From Micavibrio sp. UBA6147 (lineage in GTDB: Bacteria; Pseudomonadota; Alphaproteobacteria; Micavibrionales; UBA1664), in the NCBI GenBank assembly GCA_002423185.1, contig DIUX01000002.1, positions 900,229 to 964,228 of the forward strand: DNA of 64,000 bases, given 5' to 3'. Below are positions 25,287-35,856 of this stretch, piece after piece; within the stretch, counting starts at the first letter, position 1; each line of letters starts with the position of its first letter. Both the position numbers and the translations under genes were made by a program. Below the pieces are notes generated by a model. The model made no database searches and had not been told where the DNA came from. It saw nothing but the letters and a program-made list of their open reading frames with translations.

Positions 25287-26537
25287 ATGCGCACAGGGGG
25301 AATGGGAGCGGTGATGGCCATGCAAATGCAAGCACAACATGACAGAGAAAAAAACGCCCTCCAGCAGCCGTTAAACGCCCGCCGCGCCGGCCCCGTACGG
25401 ACAAAATTATTCTGGGTTGTTCCCGCGCTTGAAGAACCAAAACAAGAAGTGACGGTCTGGTCGAGCATGACCTCCGGCACCGCCGTTATAATGCCCCCCA
25501 AACACGAAGCCCCGCCGGAACGCGCCGAAGCACGATTTCTATGCGCGGCACAAAGCCCGCTGACGCGGCTTTGGAGCATCGTTCCGGTCACACGCTATGC
25601 CGACCCTGACCAAGGAATGGTGGAGGAATACGGCCACCCCATTGCCGAAAAACTCGAATTCACGCGGATGTTACAACATTTATGCGATTACGAGATGGTG
25701 ATGGAAACAAAATCCGTCCCCACGAAAACGGAACAAAGCGTGAAACGCATGGAATATTTCCGCGATTTCGCCGAAAAAGAAGGGATCGTGTTTGAACAAA
25801 ATACCGGACGCCCCAGCCTTTTGGTCAATGGCGCTTTCCCGCAAGTCGCAGGGCAATACGACGCACAGGCGATGGAACGCGCCAGCACCGCCTTCGCCCA
25901 AGCCGCGAGCGCCAATGCGGCGGCGGATATCAAGGGGACGGCGTTTGACCGGATGTTGGGAGGGTCTTATTTCCATGTCGATCTCGACGGATTGGTCAAT
26001 GATGTGAAGGCCTTGAGCGCGTGCAAACATTTTGCCGAGCATTTCGGCAAGGCATCAGGGACGTTGAGTAACGCCAGCCACAAGGGGACGTTTGTCTATC
26101 ACGTCGAACGATATGATTATACGGAAAAAGTCGACCTCGCCAAACAATTCCGCCAGCATTTGAAAAACTGTAAAAAGGCGTCCGACGCTTTACCCGCCGG
26201 CAAGGCCAAATCGACCTTGCAAGACGCTTCGCTCTTCGCCGAATTCGTATATGATATGATGGCGCTGCGGATGGAGTTCAAGGGCTTGATCAGTGGCGAG
26301 AAGGTTGTCGATGGCGAGGCCAGAACATTCAAGAGCAATATCGAAAAAATCAAGGATAAATACGCATCGACCATGTCGCCGGAAAACGCGGAGCGGATTG
26401 CTAACGTGGCGGTGGATTGGCTCTCACCATGCCCTGTGCAGCATCTTCATCTGGTGAGGGACAGCATAAACAACGCCGTGAGTGAATCGCAGTATAATAT
26501 GAGCCTGCGTATTTACGGCAATCGGGGTTTGCGGTAG
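25287..26537 (+). CDS. hypothetical protein (about 407-416 aa), no recognisable domain
   Basis: Long ORF with natural composition. Several possible ATG starts between 25287 and 25326; the ATG at 25314 has GGGAG 5 nt upstream. Confidence 0.6.
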   Translation: MRTGGMGAVMAMQMQAQHDREKNALQQPLNARRAGPVRTKLFWVVPALEEPKQEVTVWSSMTSGTAVIMPPKHEAPPERAEARFLCAAQSPLTRLWSIVPVTRYADPDQGMVEEYGHPIAEKLEFTRMLQHLCDYEMVMETKSVPTKTEQSVKRMEYFRDFAEKEGIVFEQNTGRPSLLVNGAFPQVAGQYDAQAMERASTAFAQAASANAAADIKGTAFDRMLGGSYFHVDLDGLVNDVKALSACKHFAEHFGKASGTLSNASHKGTFVYHVERYDYTEKVDLAKQFRQHLKNCKKASDALPAGKAKSTLQDASLFAEFVYDMMALRMEFKGLISGEKVVDGEARTFKSNIEKIKDKYASTMSPENAERIANVAVDWLSPCPVQHLHLVRDSINNAVSESQYNMSLRIYGNRGLR

Positions 26538-26780
26538 TTCGCGGACGCTGATGCGTCAGGCTTGGTCGAGGGGGCAATCGGGCGGCGTCGGCGATGCGGC
26601 CTTCGCATATGCACAAAAACAATCGTCATTTTCCTTGCGAATAAATAAAAATTAATCCGTTGGGTGTCTGGATTTTCGGCGCTGGATAGGCTATGCAGAT
26701 GTATTATTTTCATCTCGCCCGCCTTTGGCATTGCTTCGTAATGGCGGCGGCGCGACATAACCAGCGGACGGATCGGATTC

Positions 26781-27884
26781 ATGAACAAGACCCCCCTTCA
26801 CGCACATCACTTGAAACTTTCCGCCAAAATGGGCGAATTCGCCGGATACGACATGCCGCTTTATTACGGCGAAGGCGTCGTCGCCGAACATGAGTGGGTG
26901 CGCAGCCATGCCGGTCTTTTTGACGTGTCACATATGGGGCAAGTCACGGTGACGGGCGCGGGCGCGGCGGCATTCTTCGAAAAGCTCACCCCGTCAGCGT
27001 TTCAATCCTTGGCACATGGGGTGGCGAAATACACGGTCTTGACCAACGAAAACGGCGGCATTATTGACGACCTCATCATTACCCGCACCGGCGATGATGC
27101 GTTTTTCGCCGTGATTAACGCGGGATGCAAGGACAAAGACATTGCATGGATGAAGGCGAATTTGCCCTCTGGCCTCACCTTCACCGTTTTGGACGATCGC
27201 GCCTTGATCGCCCTGCAAGGCCCGAAGGCGGAAGGCGCCCTGCGCGATGTTTTGGGGATTGATGCGGCGGATCTTGGCTATATGCGCATGACCACCGCGA
27301 AACTTGCCGACGGCACGGAGGTTTTCATCAGCCGCCTCGGCTACACCGGCGAAGACGGGTTTGAGTTGAGCGTTCCGAGCGCCAAAGCTGGCAAAGTTTG
27401 GGATGACCTTCTCTCCCATGACGATGTCAAACCGATCGGCCTTGCGGCGCGGGACAGCTTGCGCCTCGATATGGGCTATCCGCTCTATGGTCATGATATT
27501 GACGACACGACATCGCCGGTTGAGGCTGATATTGCATGGGTGATCGGCAAGCAAAACACCGGATTCTTGGGCGCTCATCGCGTCCTCAAGGAAAAGGGCG
27601 AGGGGGCTTCACGCCGCCGCGTCGGGCTGGCCTTGATCGACAAAGGCGTCGCCCGCGAAGGCAGCGAGATTTTCGACCCCGCCGCCCCCGACCGCAAAAT
27701 CGGCGTGTTGACGAGCGGGAGCTTCTCGCCCAGCCTCAAGCAATCCATCGGGCAAGGCTATGTCGAGAGCGCCTTCGCCAAGGAAGGGCAAGATGTCCTG
27801 ATCCGCGTGCGTGGACGCGATTTGCGCGCGAGCATCAGCAAAATGCCCTTCGTCAAGGCCGGCACGAAATCGGCGGCGAAATAA
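26781..27884 (+). CDS. gcvT: glycine cleavage system aminomethyltransferase (T protein)
   Basis: The N-terminal TPLHAHHLKL..., GYTGEDGFELS and the C-terminal PFVKAGTK are typical of GcvT. It is first in the gcv operon. Confidence 0.95.
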   Translation: MNKTPLHAHHLKLSAKMGEFAGYDMPLYYGEGVVAEHEWVRSHAGLFDVSHMGQVTVTGAGAAAFFEKLTPSAFQSLAHGVAKYTVLTNENGGIIDDLIITRTGDDAFFAVINAGCKDKDIAWMKANLPSGLTFTVLDDRALIALQGPKAEGALRDVLGIDAADLGYMRMTTAKLADGTEVFISRLGYTGEDGFELSVPSAKAGKVWDDLLSHDDVKPIGLAARDSLRLDMGYPLYGHDIDDTTSPVEADIAWVIGKQNTGFLGAHRVLKEKGEGASRRRVGLALIDKGVAREGSEIFDPAAPDRKIGVLTSGSFSPSLKQSIGQGYVESAFAKEGQDVLIRVRGRDLRASISKMPFVKAGTKSAAK

Positions 27885-27927
27885 TATAACCACCACACCA
27901 ACCACCATAAAAAATAAGGACACAAAT

Positions 27928-28311
27928 ATGCCAGCGGATTTAAAATACACAAAAGACCATGAATGGCTGAAGATCGAAGGCGGCAATGTCGCCGTCGTCG
28001 GAATCACCGAATACGCACAAGACGCGCTGGGCGACCTTGTTTATGTCGAGCTTCCAAGCATTGGGCGCAGCTTGAAAAAGGGTGAGGATTTCGCCGTGGT
28101 TGAATCGGTGAAAACGGCGGCGGAGGTTTACTCGCCGGTCACGGGCGAAGTCGTGGCCGTGAATGACGACCTTCCCGACAACCCCGAAAAAATCAAGGAA
28201 TCTATTGAGGCTGGCTGGATCGCCAAAATCAAGATGACCGACCCTGCGGATATGGAAGGCTTGATGGACAAGTCGTCTTATGCTGCGTTTTTGAAGGGGC
28301 TTACGGGCTAA
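27928..28311 (+). CDS. gcvH: glycine cleavage system H protein
   Basis: KYTKDHEWLK start region and the lipoyl-lysine motif VESVKTAAEVYSP. ATG at 27928; the track start at 27811 overlaps the gcvT 3' end. Confidence 0.95.
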   Translation: MPADLKYTKDHEWLKIEGGNVAVVGITEYAQDALGDLVYVELPSIGRSLKKGEDFAVVESVKTAAEVYSPVTGEVVAVNDDLPDNPEKIKESIEAGWIAKIKMTDPADMEGLMDKSSYAAFLKGLTG

Positions 28312-28374
28312 GATTTTGCGCCATACGGCGTATCGGACAACGGACACTGACCTTAAGGTAAAGGAATAAAGGCG

Positions 28375-29652
28375 ATGCGGTATCTACCCCTGACCCACGA
28401 CAACAGAATGGAGATGTTGGAAGCCATCGGCGCGAAGTCGGTCGATGACTTGTACAAAGACGTCCCCAAAAAAGCCTTCATCACCGGCCTTGCCAATCTG
28501 CCTTTGCATAAGGGCGAGATGGAGGTTGAGAAAATCCTGTCCGATTACGCCAATCAAAACCACGCGGCGTGTGACGGGCCGTTCTTTTTGGGCGCGGGGT
28601 GCTATTACCACCATGTGCCGGCAACGGTTGATTATGTGATCCAGCGGTCTGAATTCTTGACCGCCTACACCCCGTACCAGCCCGAAATCGCCCAAGGTAC
28701 GTTACAGGTCATTTTTGAATACCAAACCATGATCGCGATGATCACGGGGATGGAAATCGCCAACGCCTCGCTCTATGACGGGGCGACGGCAATGGCGGAG
28801 GCGGCGCTCATGGCGATGCGCCTGACCCGCCGCAACGGTATTGTCCTGAAAGGGGCGCCGCACCCGCATTATAAAGAAGTGCTGGAAAGCTATATGAAGA
28901 ACTTCTCCGACGTCGCCTTGCAAGGGCAGGTGTCGGAGGAAACCGCCTGCGTGATCGTGCAATACCCCGATTTCCGCGGCGAGCTTCACGACCTCAAGGC
29001 GATCCGCAAGGAATGCGACGCGGCGGGCGCGAAAATGGTCGTGGTGGTGAACGAGATTGTCGCGCTCGGCATGCTCCCCGCCCCCGACATGGCGGATATC
29101 GTCTGCGGTGAGGCACAATCGGTCGGATTGGCGATGAGCTTCGGCGGCCCGCATTTAGGCTTTATGGGATGCCGCGCCGAATATGTCCGGCAAATGCCGG
29201 GGCGGCTCTGCGGTGAAACGGTTGATGCCGATGGACGCCGTTCCTTCGTTTTGACCCTCTCCACCCGCGAACAACATATCCGCCGCGAAAAGGCGACGTC
29301 GAACATCTGCACCAACCAAGGCCTGTGCGCCCTTGCATTCACCGTGCATATGGCGTTGCTCGGCGAAGGCGGGTTTAAACATCTGGCGCAATTAAACCAT
29401 GAACGCGCTTGCCACCTCGCCGATGCCTTGGACAAATTGGAGGGCGTGAGCGTGGTTAACAAGACATTCTTCAACGAATTTGTTGTGAAATTGTCCAAGC
29501 CCGCGCGGGACGTTGTCGATGCGCTGGTCAAAAAAGGCATCATCGCGGGATACCCCGTGAGCGAGCATGAATTGCTCGTCACCGCCACCGAAATGACATC
29601 GGCGGATGATATAAAAACCCTGTGCGCCGAATTGGCGGGAGTTCTGGCATGA
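28375..29652 (+). CDS. gcvPA: glycine dehydrogenase (decarboxylating) subunit 1
   Basis: MRYLPLT... N-terminus, YTPYQPEIAQGTLQ motif, 425 aa, directly followed by subunit 2. Confidence 0.95.
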   Translation: MRYLPLTHDNRMEMLEAIGAKSVDDLYKDVPKKAFITGLANLPLHKGEMEVEKILSDYANQNHAACDGPFFLGAGCYYHHVPATVDYVIQRSEFLTAYTPYQPEIAQGTLQVIFEYQTMIAMITGMEIANASLYDGATAMAEAALMAMRLTRRNGIVLKGAPHPHYKEVLESYMKNFSDVALQGQVSEETACVIVQYPDFRGELHDLKAIRKECDAAGAKMVVVVNEIVALGMLPAPDMADIVCGEAQSVGLAMSFGGPHLGFMGCRAEYVRQMPGRLCGETVDADGRRSFVLTLSTREQHIRREKATSNICTNQGLCALAFTVHMALLGEGGFKHLAQLNHERACHLADALDKLEGVSVVNKTFFNEFVVKLSKPARDVVDALVKKGIIAGYPVSEHELLVTATEMTSADDIKTLCAELAGVLA

Positions 29653-31220
29653 GTGAGGTCGTCAAATTGAATACGCAAAACACAAACCCATCGGCGCATG
29701 ATCCGGTCTTCGAAAAATATGCAGCAAAAATCGGCGCGACCCGCGCCTTGATGCAGGAAGAACCGTTGCTGTTCGAAAAAGAACAAGCCGATGCCCCTGG
29801 GGTGGACTTGCCGGAATTGGAACGCAAAAAACCGCGCACTGGCCTTGCCATACGCGACAATATCGGCTTGCCGCAAATTAAGGAGCCCGAAGTCGTGCGC
29901 CATTTTGTGCGGCTGTCGCAGCAAAACTACTCGATTGACACGGGGTTCTTCCCGCTTGGCTCTTGCACCATGAAGCATAACCCGCGCCTCAATGAAAAAT
30001 TGGCGCGTTTGAAGGGCTTTGCGCATCTGCATCCGATGCAACCGACCGCAACGACGCAAGGGGCGCTCGGCCTTATGTATCGTTTGCAAAATTATCTGGC
30101 GGATTTATCCGGCCTTCCGGCGGTGTGCTTGACACCGGCGGCGGGCGCGCACGGGGAATTAGCGGGGATGATGACCATCCGCCGCGCCCATGAAGCCCAC
30201 GGCAATACGCACAAAAAACTGGTCTTGGTGCCGGACAGTGCTCACGGCACCAACCCCGCTACGGCGATTATGTGCGGATACCAAACCAAAACCATTTCAA
30301 CCAAAGAAACCGGCAAACTCACCCTTGAGGCGTTCAAAGAGGCGCTGGGTGACGGGCATGACGTGGCGGCGATGATGGTGACGAACCCCAATACATGCGG
30401 GTTGTTTGAACCGGAAATCGACAAGATTGTTGAATTGCTGCATAAGGCCGGCGCCTATTTCTATTGCGATGGCGCGAATTTCAATGCGCTGGTCGGCAAA
30501 ATCCGCCCCGGTGATTTCGGCGTTGATGTCATGCACTTCAATTTGCACAAGACGTTTTCCACCCCGCATGGCGGCGGCGGTCCGGGTTCCGGCCCGATCG
30601 GTGTGTGTGAAGCCCTGCGCCCCTATATGCCGGTGCCGGAAGTGGTGCGCGACGAAGACGACACATATCGCCTGTCGATGGACAGGGAGGACACCTCCCT
30701 CGGCCGCTTGAAAGGCTTCCAAGGCCAGTTCGGGATGCATGTCCGCGCCCTGACCTATATGCTCTCCCACGGCGCCGACGGCTTGAAACAAGTGGCGGAG
30801 GACGCGGTGCTAAACGCCAATTATATCCTCAGCCAATTAAAGGACGATTACCATGTTCCGTTTGCAGGGCCATGTATGCATGAATGCTTGCTCACCGACA
30901 AATTCCAAAAAGACGCCGGCGTGACCACGAGCGACATTGCCAAAACCCTGATCGAATTCGGCATTCACCCGATGACGGTGTATTTCCCACTGGTGTTGCA
31001 AGGCACGATGTTGATCGAACCGACGGAGACCGAAACCAAGGAATCCATCGACCGCTTCATCGCCATCATGAAAATGGTCGCAGAAAAAGTGCGCGGCGGC
31101 GAAACCGACATTTTCCATGACTACCCGCTCAGCAGTCCCCGCCGCCGCCTAGACGAAGTCACCGCCGCCCGCCACCCCAAATTGCGTTGGAGCGCAGCCA
31201 AAGACCAAGCTGCGGAATAA
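29649..31220 (+). CDS. gcvPB: glycine dehydrogenase (decarboxylating) subunit 2
   Basis: ATGA start/stop overlap with gcvPA at 29649-29652. PLP-lysine region HFNLHKTFSTPHGGGGPG. Confidence 0.95.
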   Translation: MSEVVKLNTQNTNPSAHDPVFEKYAAKIGATRALMQEEPLLFEKEQADAPGVDLPELERKKPRTGLAIRDNIGLPQIKEPEVVRHFVRLSQQNYSIDTGFFPLGSCTMKHNPRLNEKLARLKGFAHLHPMQPTATTQGALGLMYRLQNYLADLSGLPAVCLTPAAGAHGELAGMMTIRRAHEAHGNTHKKLVLVPDSAHGTNPATAIMCGYQTKTISTKETGKLTLEAFKEALGDGHDVAAMMVTNPNTCGLFEPEIDKIVELLHKAGAYFYCDGANFNALVGKIRPGDFGVDVMHFNLHKTFSTPHGGGGPGSGPIGVCEALRPYMPVPEVVRDEDDTYRLSMDREDTSLGRLKGFQGQFGMHVRALTYMLSHGADGLKQVAEDAVLNANYILSQLKDDYHVPFAGPCMHECLLTDKFQKDAGVTTSDIAKTLIEFGIHPMTVYFPLVLQGTMLIEPTETETKESIDRFIAIMKMVAEKVRGGETDIFHDYPLSSPRRRLDEVTAARHPKLRWSAAKDQAAE

Positions 31221-31271
31221 GCGGGAGCGGCGCGCCAGCAAGCGCCCCCAACAAACGCGAAACACAGACAC

Positions 31272-31303
31272 AAAAGGCCGCTTCGATGCGGCCTTTTCTC
31301 TTG
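31272..31303 (+). terminator. rho-independent terminator after gcvPB
   Basis: Stem AAAAGGCCGC (31272-31281), loop TTCGAT, stem GCGGCCTTTT (31288-31297), then a T-rich tail. Confidence 0.7.
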
Positions 31304-31315
31304 TAATAACGCGAT

Positions 31316-31352
31316 AAAAAAGCCGCCTGATTGAGGGGCGGCTTTTTGTTTT
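31316..31352. terminator. bidirectional rho-independent terminator between gcvPB and fadE
   Basis: AAAAA-AGCCGCC (31321-31327), loop, GGCGGCT (31337-31343), then TTTTTGTTTTT. An A-run and a T-run flank the stem. Confidence 0.7.
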
Positions 31353-31381
31353 TGGGAAATGGCCTTTTTAACAGCCCGATA

Positions 31382-33616
31382 TTAGACAGACGGCGCGGGC
31401 GCGGCTTTTTTGGCTTTGGCGCGGGCGGCGGCTTTTTCGGCGCTGTTGAAGGCGTTCGATTCCTTCGCAGGCTTGTAGTGATCGACCGCGATAATGCGTT
31501 GGCGGGCGGCCTCGGCATCGGTGATGAGCTTATGCTCGGCGGCGCTGAGCGGGTCGGCTTCGCCTTTGTGCAGGGCGCGGGCGAGTTTTTTCTCTAACTC
31601 TTCCGCTACTACGGCTTTGCGGAACGCGTCTTCGAGTTCGCCGACCGGATCGTTGATGTCGTCGGACACATAAATGCCGCTGGTGAGGCGGTCACGCAAA
31701 TCGCCCGGCTCCAAGATGGACTGGGCGGCCTTGTGCGTCATGCCATCCGTTGGTTTCTTGTGCAAACGACCAAACGGCATGGTCGCGACTTTGAGCAAGC
31801 CGGCGACAAATTTGTTCGGATAATTATCGAGCAAATCAACCATCGCGTTTTCGGCATCGAACAAGGCCTGTTCGCACGCCCATTTCATCACCGGAATTTC
31901 GTCCTTGATGGCGCCGCGTGTTTCGTAGTGTTTGAGGGTCGCGGAGGCGAGATAGATATTGCTCAGAACATCGCCCAAACGCGCCGAGATGCGCTCCTTC
32001 CGCTTCAAGCCGCCGCCGACAATCGCGAAGGTCGCGTTGGCGGTGAGGTTGAAGGCCGCGCACATGCGGTTGATGCGCTTGTAATATTGGCGCGTTTCTT
32101 TGGTTTTGGTCGGGGCTTTGCTGAAGGCACCGCCGCTCATTCCGAACCACAGGCTGCGCCCGCCATTCATGATGACACTCGCCACATGCTTGAAGATCAA
32201 GTTGGTGAGGTCTTTGGCAGCCTTTTTCTGGTCGGCCTGTGACGCGGCCTCGATTTCCTTGAGCAAGTAAGGATGCGCACGCACGCCGCCTTGACCGAAG
32301 ATGATGAGGTTACGGGTCATAATGTTCGCACCCTCAACCGTAATGGCGATGGGGATGCCTTTATAAATGCTGGAGAGCAGGTTGGACGGGCCGCTGATGA
32401 CGGCTTTACCGGCCTGAATATCCATCGCGTCGTTCACGGCTTTGCGCATTTTTTCGGTCAGGTGATATTTGATAATCGCCGACGGAATAGACGGTTTTTC
32501 ACCGCGATCCACCATTTGTGCCGTGGCAACGCGGGCGGCATCCATCATATAGGTGTTGCCTGCGATGCTGCCGAGCGCTTCTTCAACGCCCTCGAACTTG
32601 CCGATGGGGAGTTTGAATTGCTTGCGGACTCGGCTGTAGGCGCCCGTGGTGCGCCCGCTGTATTTCGCGCCCGCAACCGACAAGGACGGCAAGGAGATCG
32701 AACGCCCGATGGACAGACACTCCATCAACATGCGCCACCCGCTGCCCGCCATTTTCTGGCCGCCGATAATGTAATCCATCGGGATGACAACGTCTTTGCC
32801 CCAATTCGGGCCGTTTTGAAAAGGCAAATCCATCGGGCGGTGACGCTCACCGATCTGAACCCCCGCCGTGTCGCGCGGGATGAGGGCGCAGGTCATGCCC
32901 GTTTTGCCGACATCGCCGAGCAAACCTTCGGGGTCTTCCAATTTAAAGGCAAGGCCAACGATGGTGGCGACGGGGCCGAGGGTGATGTAACGCTTTTCCC
33001 AGTTGATGCGGATTTTAAGCGACCCGTCCGTGTCTTTGAACACCGTTCCGGTATCGGGAATGCCGCCGGCGTCGGAGCCTGCCTGCGGGCTGGTCAAACC
33101 GAAGCATGGAATCTCGCGCCCGTCCGCAAGGCGGGGAAGGTAATATTGCTTTTGCTCATCGGTTCCGTAATGCGCGAGCAATTCACCTGGGCCGAGGGAG
33201 TTCGGCACCATCACGGTGACGGCGGCGGTTAGGGAACGGCTGGCGAGTTTTTGCACGATCTCGGAATGGGCAAGGGCGGAAAAGCCCAAACCGTCATATT
33301 CCTTGGTAATGACGAGGCCGAAGAATTTATTCTTCTTCATGAAGTCCCAGATTTCGGGAGGGAGGTCTTGGTCGTCGCCGTTCATGATCTCCCAATCATC
33401 AATCATTTTGCACAGCTCGTTGAGCGGCCCGTCCATGAAGGCTTGCTCCTCCGCCGTGAATTGCGGCGCGCCGAGATTCATGAGGACATCCCAGTTGGGC
33501 TTGCCGGTGAAAATTTCCGCATCCCACCCGACCGTGCCGGCCTCAAGGGCCTCACGCTCGCTGTCCGACAGCGGCGGCATAACGGAATTGAATGTCTTGA
33601 GAATAAACTTACGCAT
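31382..33616 (-). CDS. fadE: acyl-CoA dehydrogenase, long FadE type
   Basis: 744 aa with an ACAD core (GLTSPQAGSDAG, IGGQKMAGSGWRML) and a long C-terminal extension as in FadE. ATG at 33616 has GGGAAGGG upstream. The track extension to 33799 is implausible. Confidence 0.9.
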   Translation of the reverse strand: MRKFILKTFNSVMPPLSDSEREALEAGTVGWDAEIFTGKPNWDVLMNLGAPQFTAEEQAFMDGPLNELCKMIDDWEIMNGDDQDLPPEIWDFMKKNKFFGLVITKEYDGLGFSALAHSEIVQKLASRSLTAAVTVMVPNSLGPGELLAHYGTDEQKQYYLPRLADGREIPCFGLTSPQAGSDAGGIPDTGTVFKDTDGSLKIRINWEKRYITLGPVATIVGLAFKLEDPEGLLGDVGKTGMTCALIPRDTAGVQIGERHRPMDLPFQNGPNWGKDVVIPMDYIIGGQKMAGSGWRMLMECLSIGRSISLPSLSVAGAKYSGRTTGAYSRVRKQFKLPIGKFEGVEEALGSIAGNTYMMDAARVATAQMVDRGEKPSIPSAIIKYHLTEKMRKAVNDAMDIQAGKAVISGPSNLLSSIYKGIPIAITVEGANIMTRNLIIFGQGGVRAHPYLLKEIEAASQADQKKAAKDLTNLIFKHVASVIMNGGRSLWFGMSGGAFSKAPTKTKETRQYYKRINRMCAAFNLTANATFAIVGGGLKRKERISARLGDVLSNIYLASATLKHYETRGAIKDEIPVMKWACEQALFDAENAMVDLLDNYPNKFVAGLLKVATMPFGRLHKKPTDGMTHKAAQSILEPGDLRDRLTSGIYVSDDINDPVGELEDAFRKAVVAEELEKKLARALHKGEADPLSAAEHKLITDAEAARQRIIAVDHYKPAKESNAFNSAEKAAARAKAKKAAPAPSV

Positions 33617-33897
33617 TGGAGCTACCCTTCCCTGATGGCGAGCTTGTTCGTCCGCCTGTTTGTTTATAAAGCTAAGTTGCGAATTTACATAAAAATAAGG
33701 CCTGTATCTTCTCATTTTAACCATAAAAACGGATATGTCAAAATGAAATGCGGGTAAGGTTGCTGTGGCGCTGTGGGCAAACTTCAAAGATATCAACACT
33801 GTGCAGGCGCAGCATATTTCCGCTCTTTACATATGGTCTTTGGCTTGCTAATCCAAGGGGAGCTATATTTTTATAAAAAACGTATAAGGGACTGGGA

Positions 33898-35697
33898 ATG
33901 ACACAAGCGGTTGTATCAAACAGGCTGGCGCTCGCCGATGGCGACACAATAAACGGGTTTTATCCTCAAGGCACACAATGGGACACTGAGCTTCGCAAGG
34001 AAAACCTCGCGCGGTTGGTTGAGGATTCGGTCGCGAAATATGGTGACCGTCCGTGCATGGAATTTCTCGGCAAGAAATACACCTACCGCCAATTTGGCGA
34101 AATGGTTGACAAGGCCGCGCAAGGCTTGATCGAAACAGGCATCAAAAAGGGCGACAAAGTCGGCCTGTACATGCCGAACTCACCCTATTATCCAGTGATG
34201 TTTTTCGCCGCGCTCAAAATCGGCGCGACGGTCGTGAATTTTAGCCCCCTTTACGTCGAAGACGAATTAAAGGCGCAGATTGAGGACAGCGGCACAACCA
34301 TTATGGTGACGCTGGATTTGAAGGATTTTTACGACAAGGCGCGCTCGCTCCAGAAAAAAGGCACGCTCGATAAAATCGTTAAATGCCGCATGGGCGATGT
34401 GTTGCCGTTCTTCAAATCATGGGCGTTTTGGGCGCTTAAATCGGGCGACCGTACCAAAGACCGCGCCGATGAAACCGACAACGTGTTTGACTTCCGCGGC
34501 TTGACCGCCCAAGGCCGCCATTACGGCGCCAGCACCGTTGATGCGGAAAATGACGTGGCGGTGCTTCAATACACCGGCGGCACGACGGGCGTGCCGAAGG
34601 GCGCGATGCTCACCCACTTCAACCTCGCCTCCAACGCGGCGCAGGTCGAGGCGTTTTTCGGCTTCACGAAGGACAAGGATACGCAAGGTGTCTACATGAT
34701 GCCGGGGCAGGAAAAAGTCCTCGCCGTTTTGCCGTATTTCCATGTCTTCGGGATGATGGTCGGGATGATTTCATCACTCAAAATGGGGGCGGAGATCATC
34801 CTTCTGCCCAACCCGCGCGATGTGAAAGAGGTCGTCAACACGATCCATAAGAAAAAACCGACGATTTTGCCGAGTGTTCCACGCCTGTTACAGGCCATAA
34901 CCGAGTTCAAGGGGCTGGAACAATACGATTTATCGTCGATCAAGGCCGCTGTTTCCGGCGGCGCTGCGCTCTCCCCTGGCGTTCAAAGAGCCTTTGAAAA
35001 GGCCACAGGCAAGCAAGGTCTGATTAAACAGGGCTATGGCCTCACCGAAACATCGCCGGTGGCGACGAGCAACCCCGCAAGCGGTAAAAACAAGCCCGAA
35101 TCCGTCGGCATGGCCTATCCGCGCACCAAAATTCGCATTGCCGACGCCGAAGACCCGTCCAAAACCATGAAAATCGGCGAAACGGGCGAAATCATGATTG
35201 CGGGGCCGCAGGTCATGAAAGGCTATTACAACAAACCCGACGCCACCAAAGAAGTCATGCACGGCGAATGGTTCCACACGGGGGATCTGGGCTATATGGA
35301 CGAAGATATGTATGTCCATATTGTGGATCGTAAAAAACGCTTGATCATCATCAACGGCTATAATGTCTATCCCAACCAAGTCGAAAACGCGATCTCGAAA
35401 CATGACGACATCGCCGAATGTGTTGTGATTCCGGTGAAGGATGAGCGCAGCGGTGAGGCTGCCAAAGCCTTTATCCGCATCAAAGAGGGAAAGAGCCTCA
35501 GCGAAAAAGACCTGCGCGAATTTTTGAGCCAGCACATAAGCCGCATCGAAATGCCCAAGCATATCGAATTCGTCACCGCCGAGTTGCCCAAAACGGCGGT
35601 CGGCAAGCCGGATTGGAAAAAACTGCAAGACGCTGAGAAGGCGAAGGTTGCGGCAACGACCGCCCCCGCCACGAAACCGAACACGCCGAAGCCTTAA
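33898..35697 (+). CDS. fadD: long-chain fatty acid--CoA ligase
   Basis: AMP-binding motifs YTGGTTGVPKGAML, GYGLTETSP and TGDLGYMDEDMY, plus the C-terminal PKTAVGKPDWKKL. Confidence 0.9.
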   Translation: MTQAVVSNRLALADGDTINGFYPQGTQWDTELRKENLARLVEDSVAKYGDRPCMEFLGKKYTYRQFGEMVDKAAQGLIETGIKKGDKVGLYMPNSPYYPVMFFAALKIGATVVNFSPLYVEDELKAQIEDSGTTIMVTLDLKDFYDKARSLQKKGTLDKIVKCRMGDVLPFFKSWAFWALKSGDRTKDRADETDNVFDFRGLTAQGRHYGASTVDAENDVAVLQYTGGTTGVPKGAMLTHFNLASNAAQVEAFFGFTKDKDTQGVYMMPGQEKVLAVLPYFHVFGMMVGMISSLKMGAEIILLPNPRDVKEVVNTIHKKKPTILPSVPRLLQAITEFKGLEQYDLSSIKAAVSGGAALSPGVQRAFEKATGKQGLIKQGYGLTETSPVATSNPASGKNKPESVGMAYPRTKIRIADAEDPSKTMKIGETGEIMIAGPQVMKGYYNKPDATKEVMHGEWFHTGDLGYMDEDMYVHIVDRKKRLIIINGYNVYPNQVENAISKHDDIAECVVIPVKDERSGEAAKAFIRIKEGKSLSEKDLREFLSQHISRIEMPKHIEFVTAELPKTAVGKPDWKKLQDAEKAKVAATTAPATKPNTPKP

Positions 35698-35712
35698 CAG
35701 GCCTCGGTTTTT
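35686..35712 (+). terminator. rho-independent terminator overlapping the fadD stop codon
   Basis: Stem CCGAAGCCT (35686-35694), loop TAAC containing the TAA stop, stem AGGCCTCGG (one mismatch), then TTTTT. Confidence 0.6.
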
Positions 35713-35856
35713 CGTATAAACACAACCGGCACAAAGCCGGAAAAAGATATAAAATCAAAGAGCAAGGCAAGGGGGGGGACAATAAAAATGACCGCGACAA
35801 TTGATATAAAATTCGTCGATATAAAAGATACTCAGTGGAGAAAAGGAGACCAATCC

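Noticed and set aside
26538-26780. I expected a glycine riboswitch in the 243-nt leader of the gcvT-H-PA-PB operon.
   Set aside because: I could not find the conserved GGAGAG ... GCCGAAGG(A/G)GCAA ... CTCAGGCAAAAGGAC cores on either strand, only vague resemblances (CTGGATTTTCGGCGCTGGATAGG). An Rfam glycine-riboswitch covariance search would settle it. Its absence would mean protein-based (GcvA-type) or other control.
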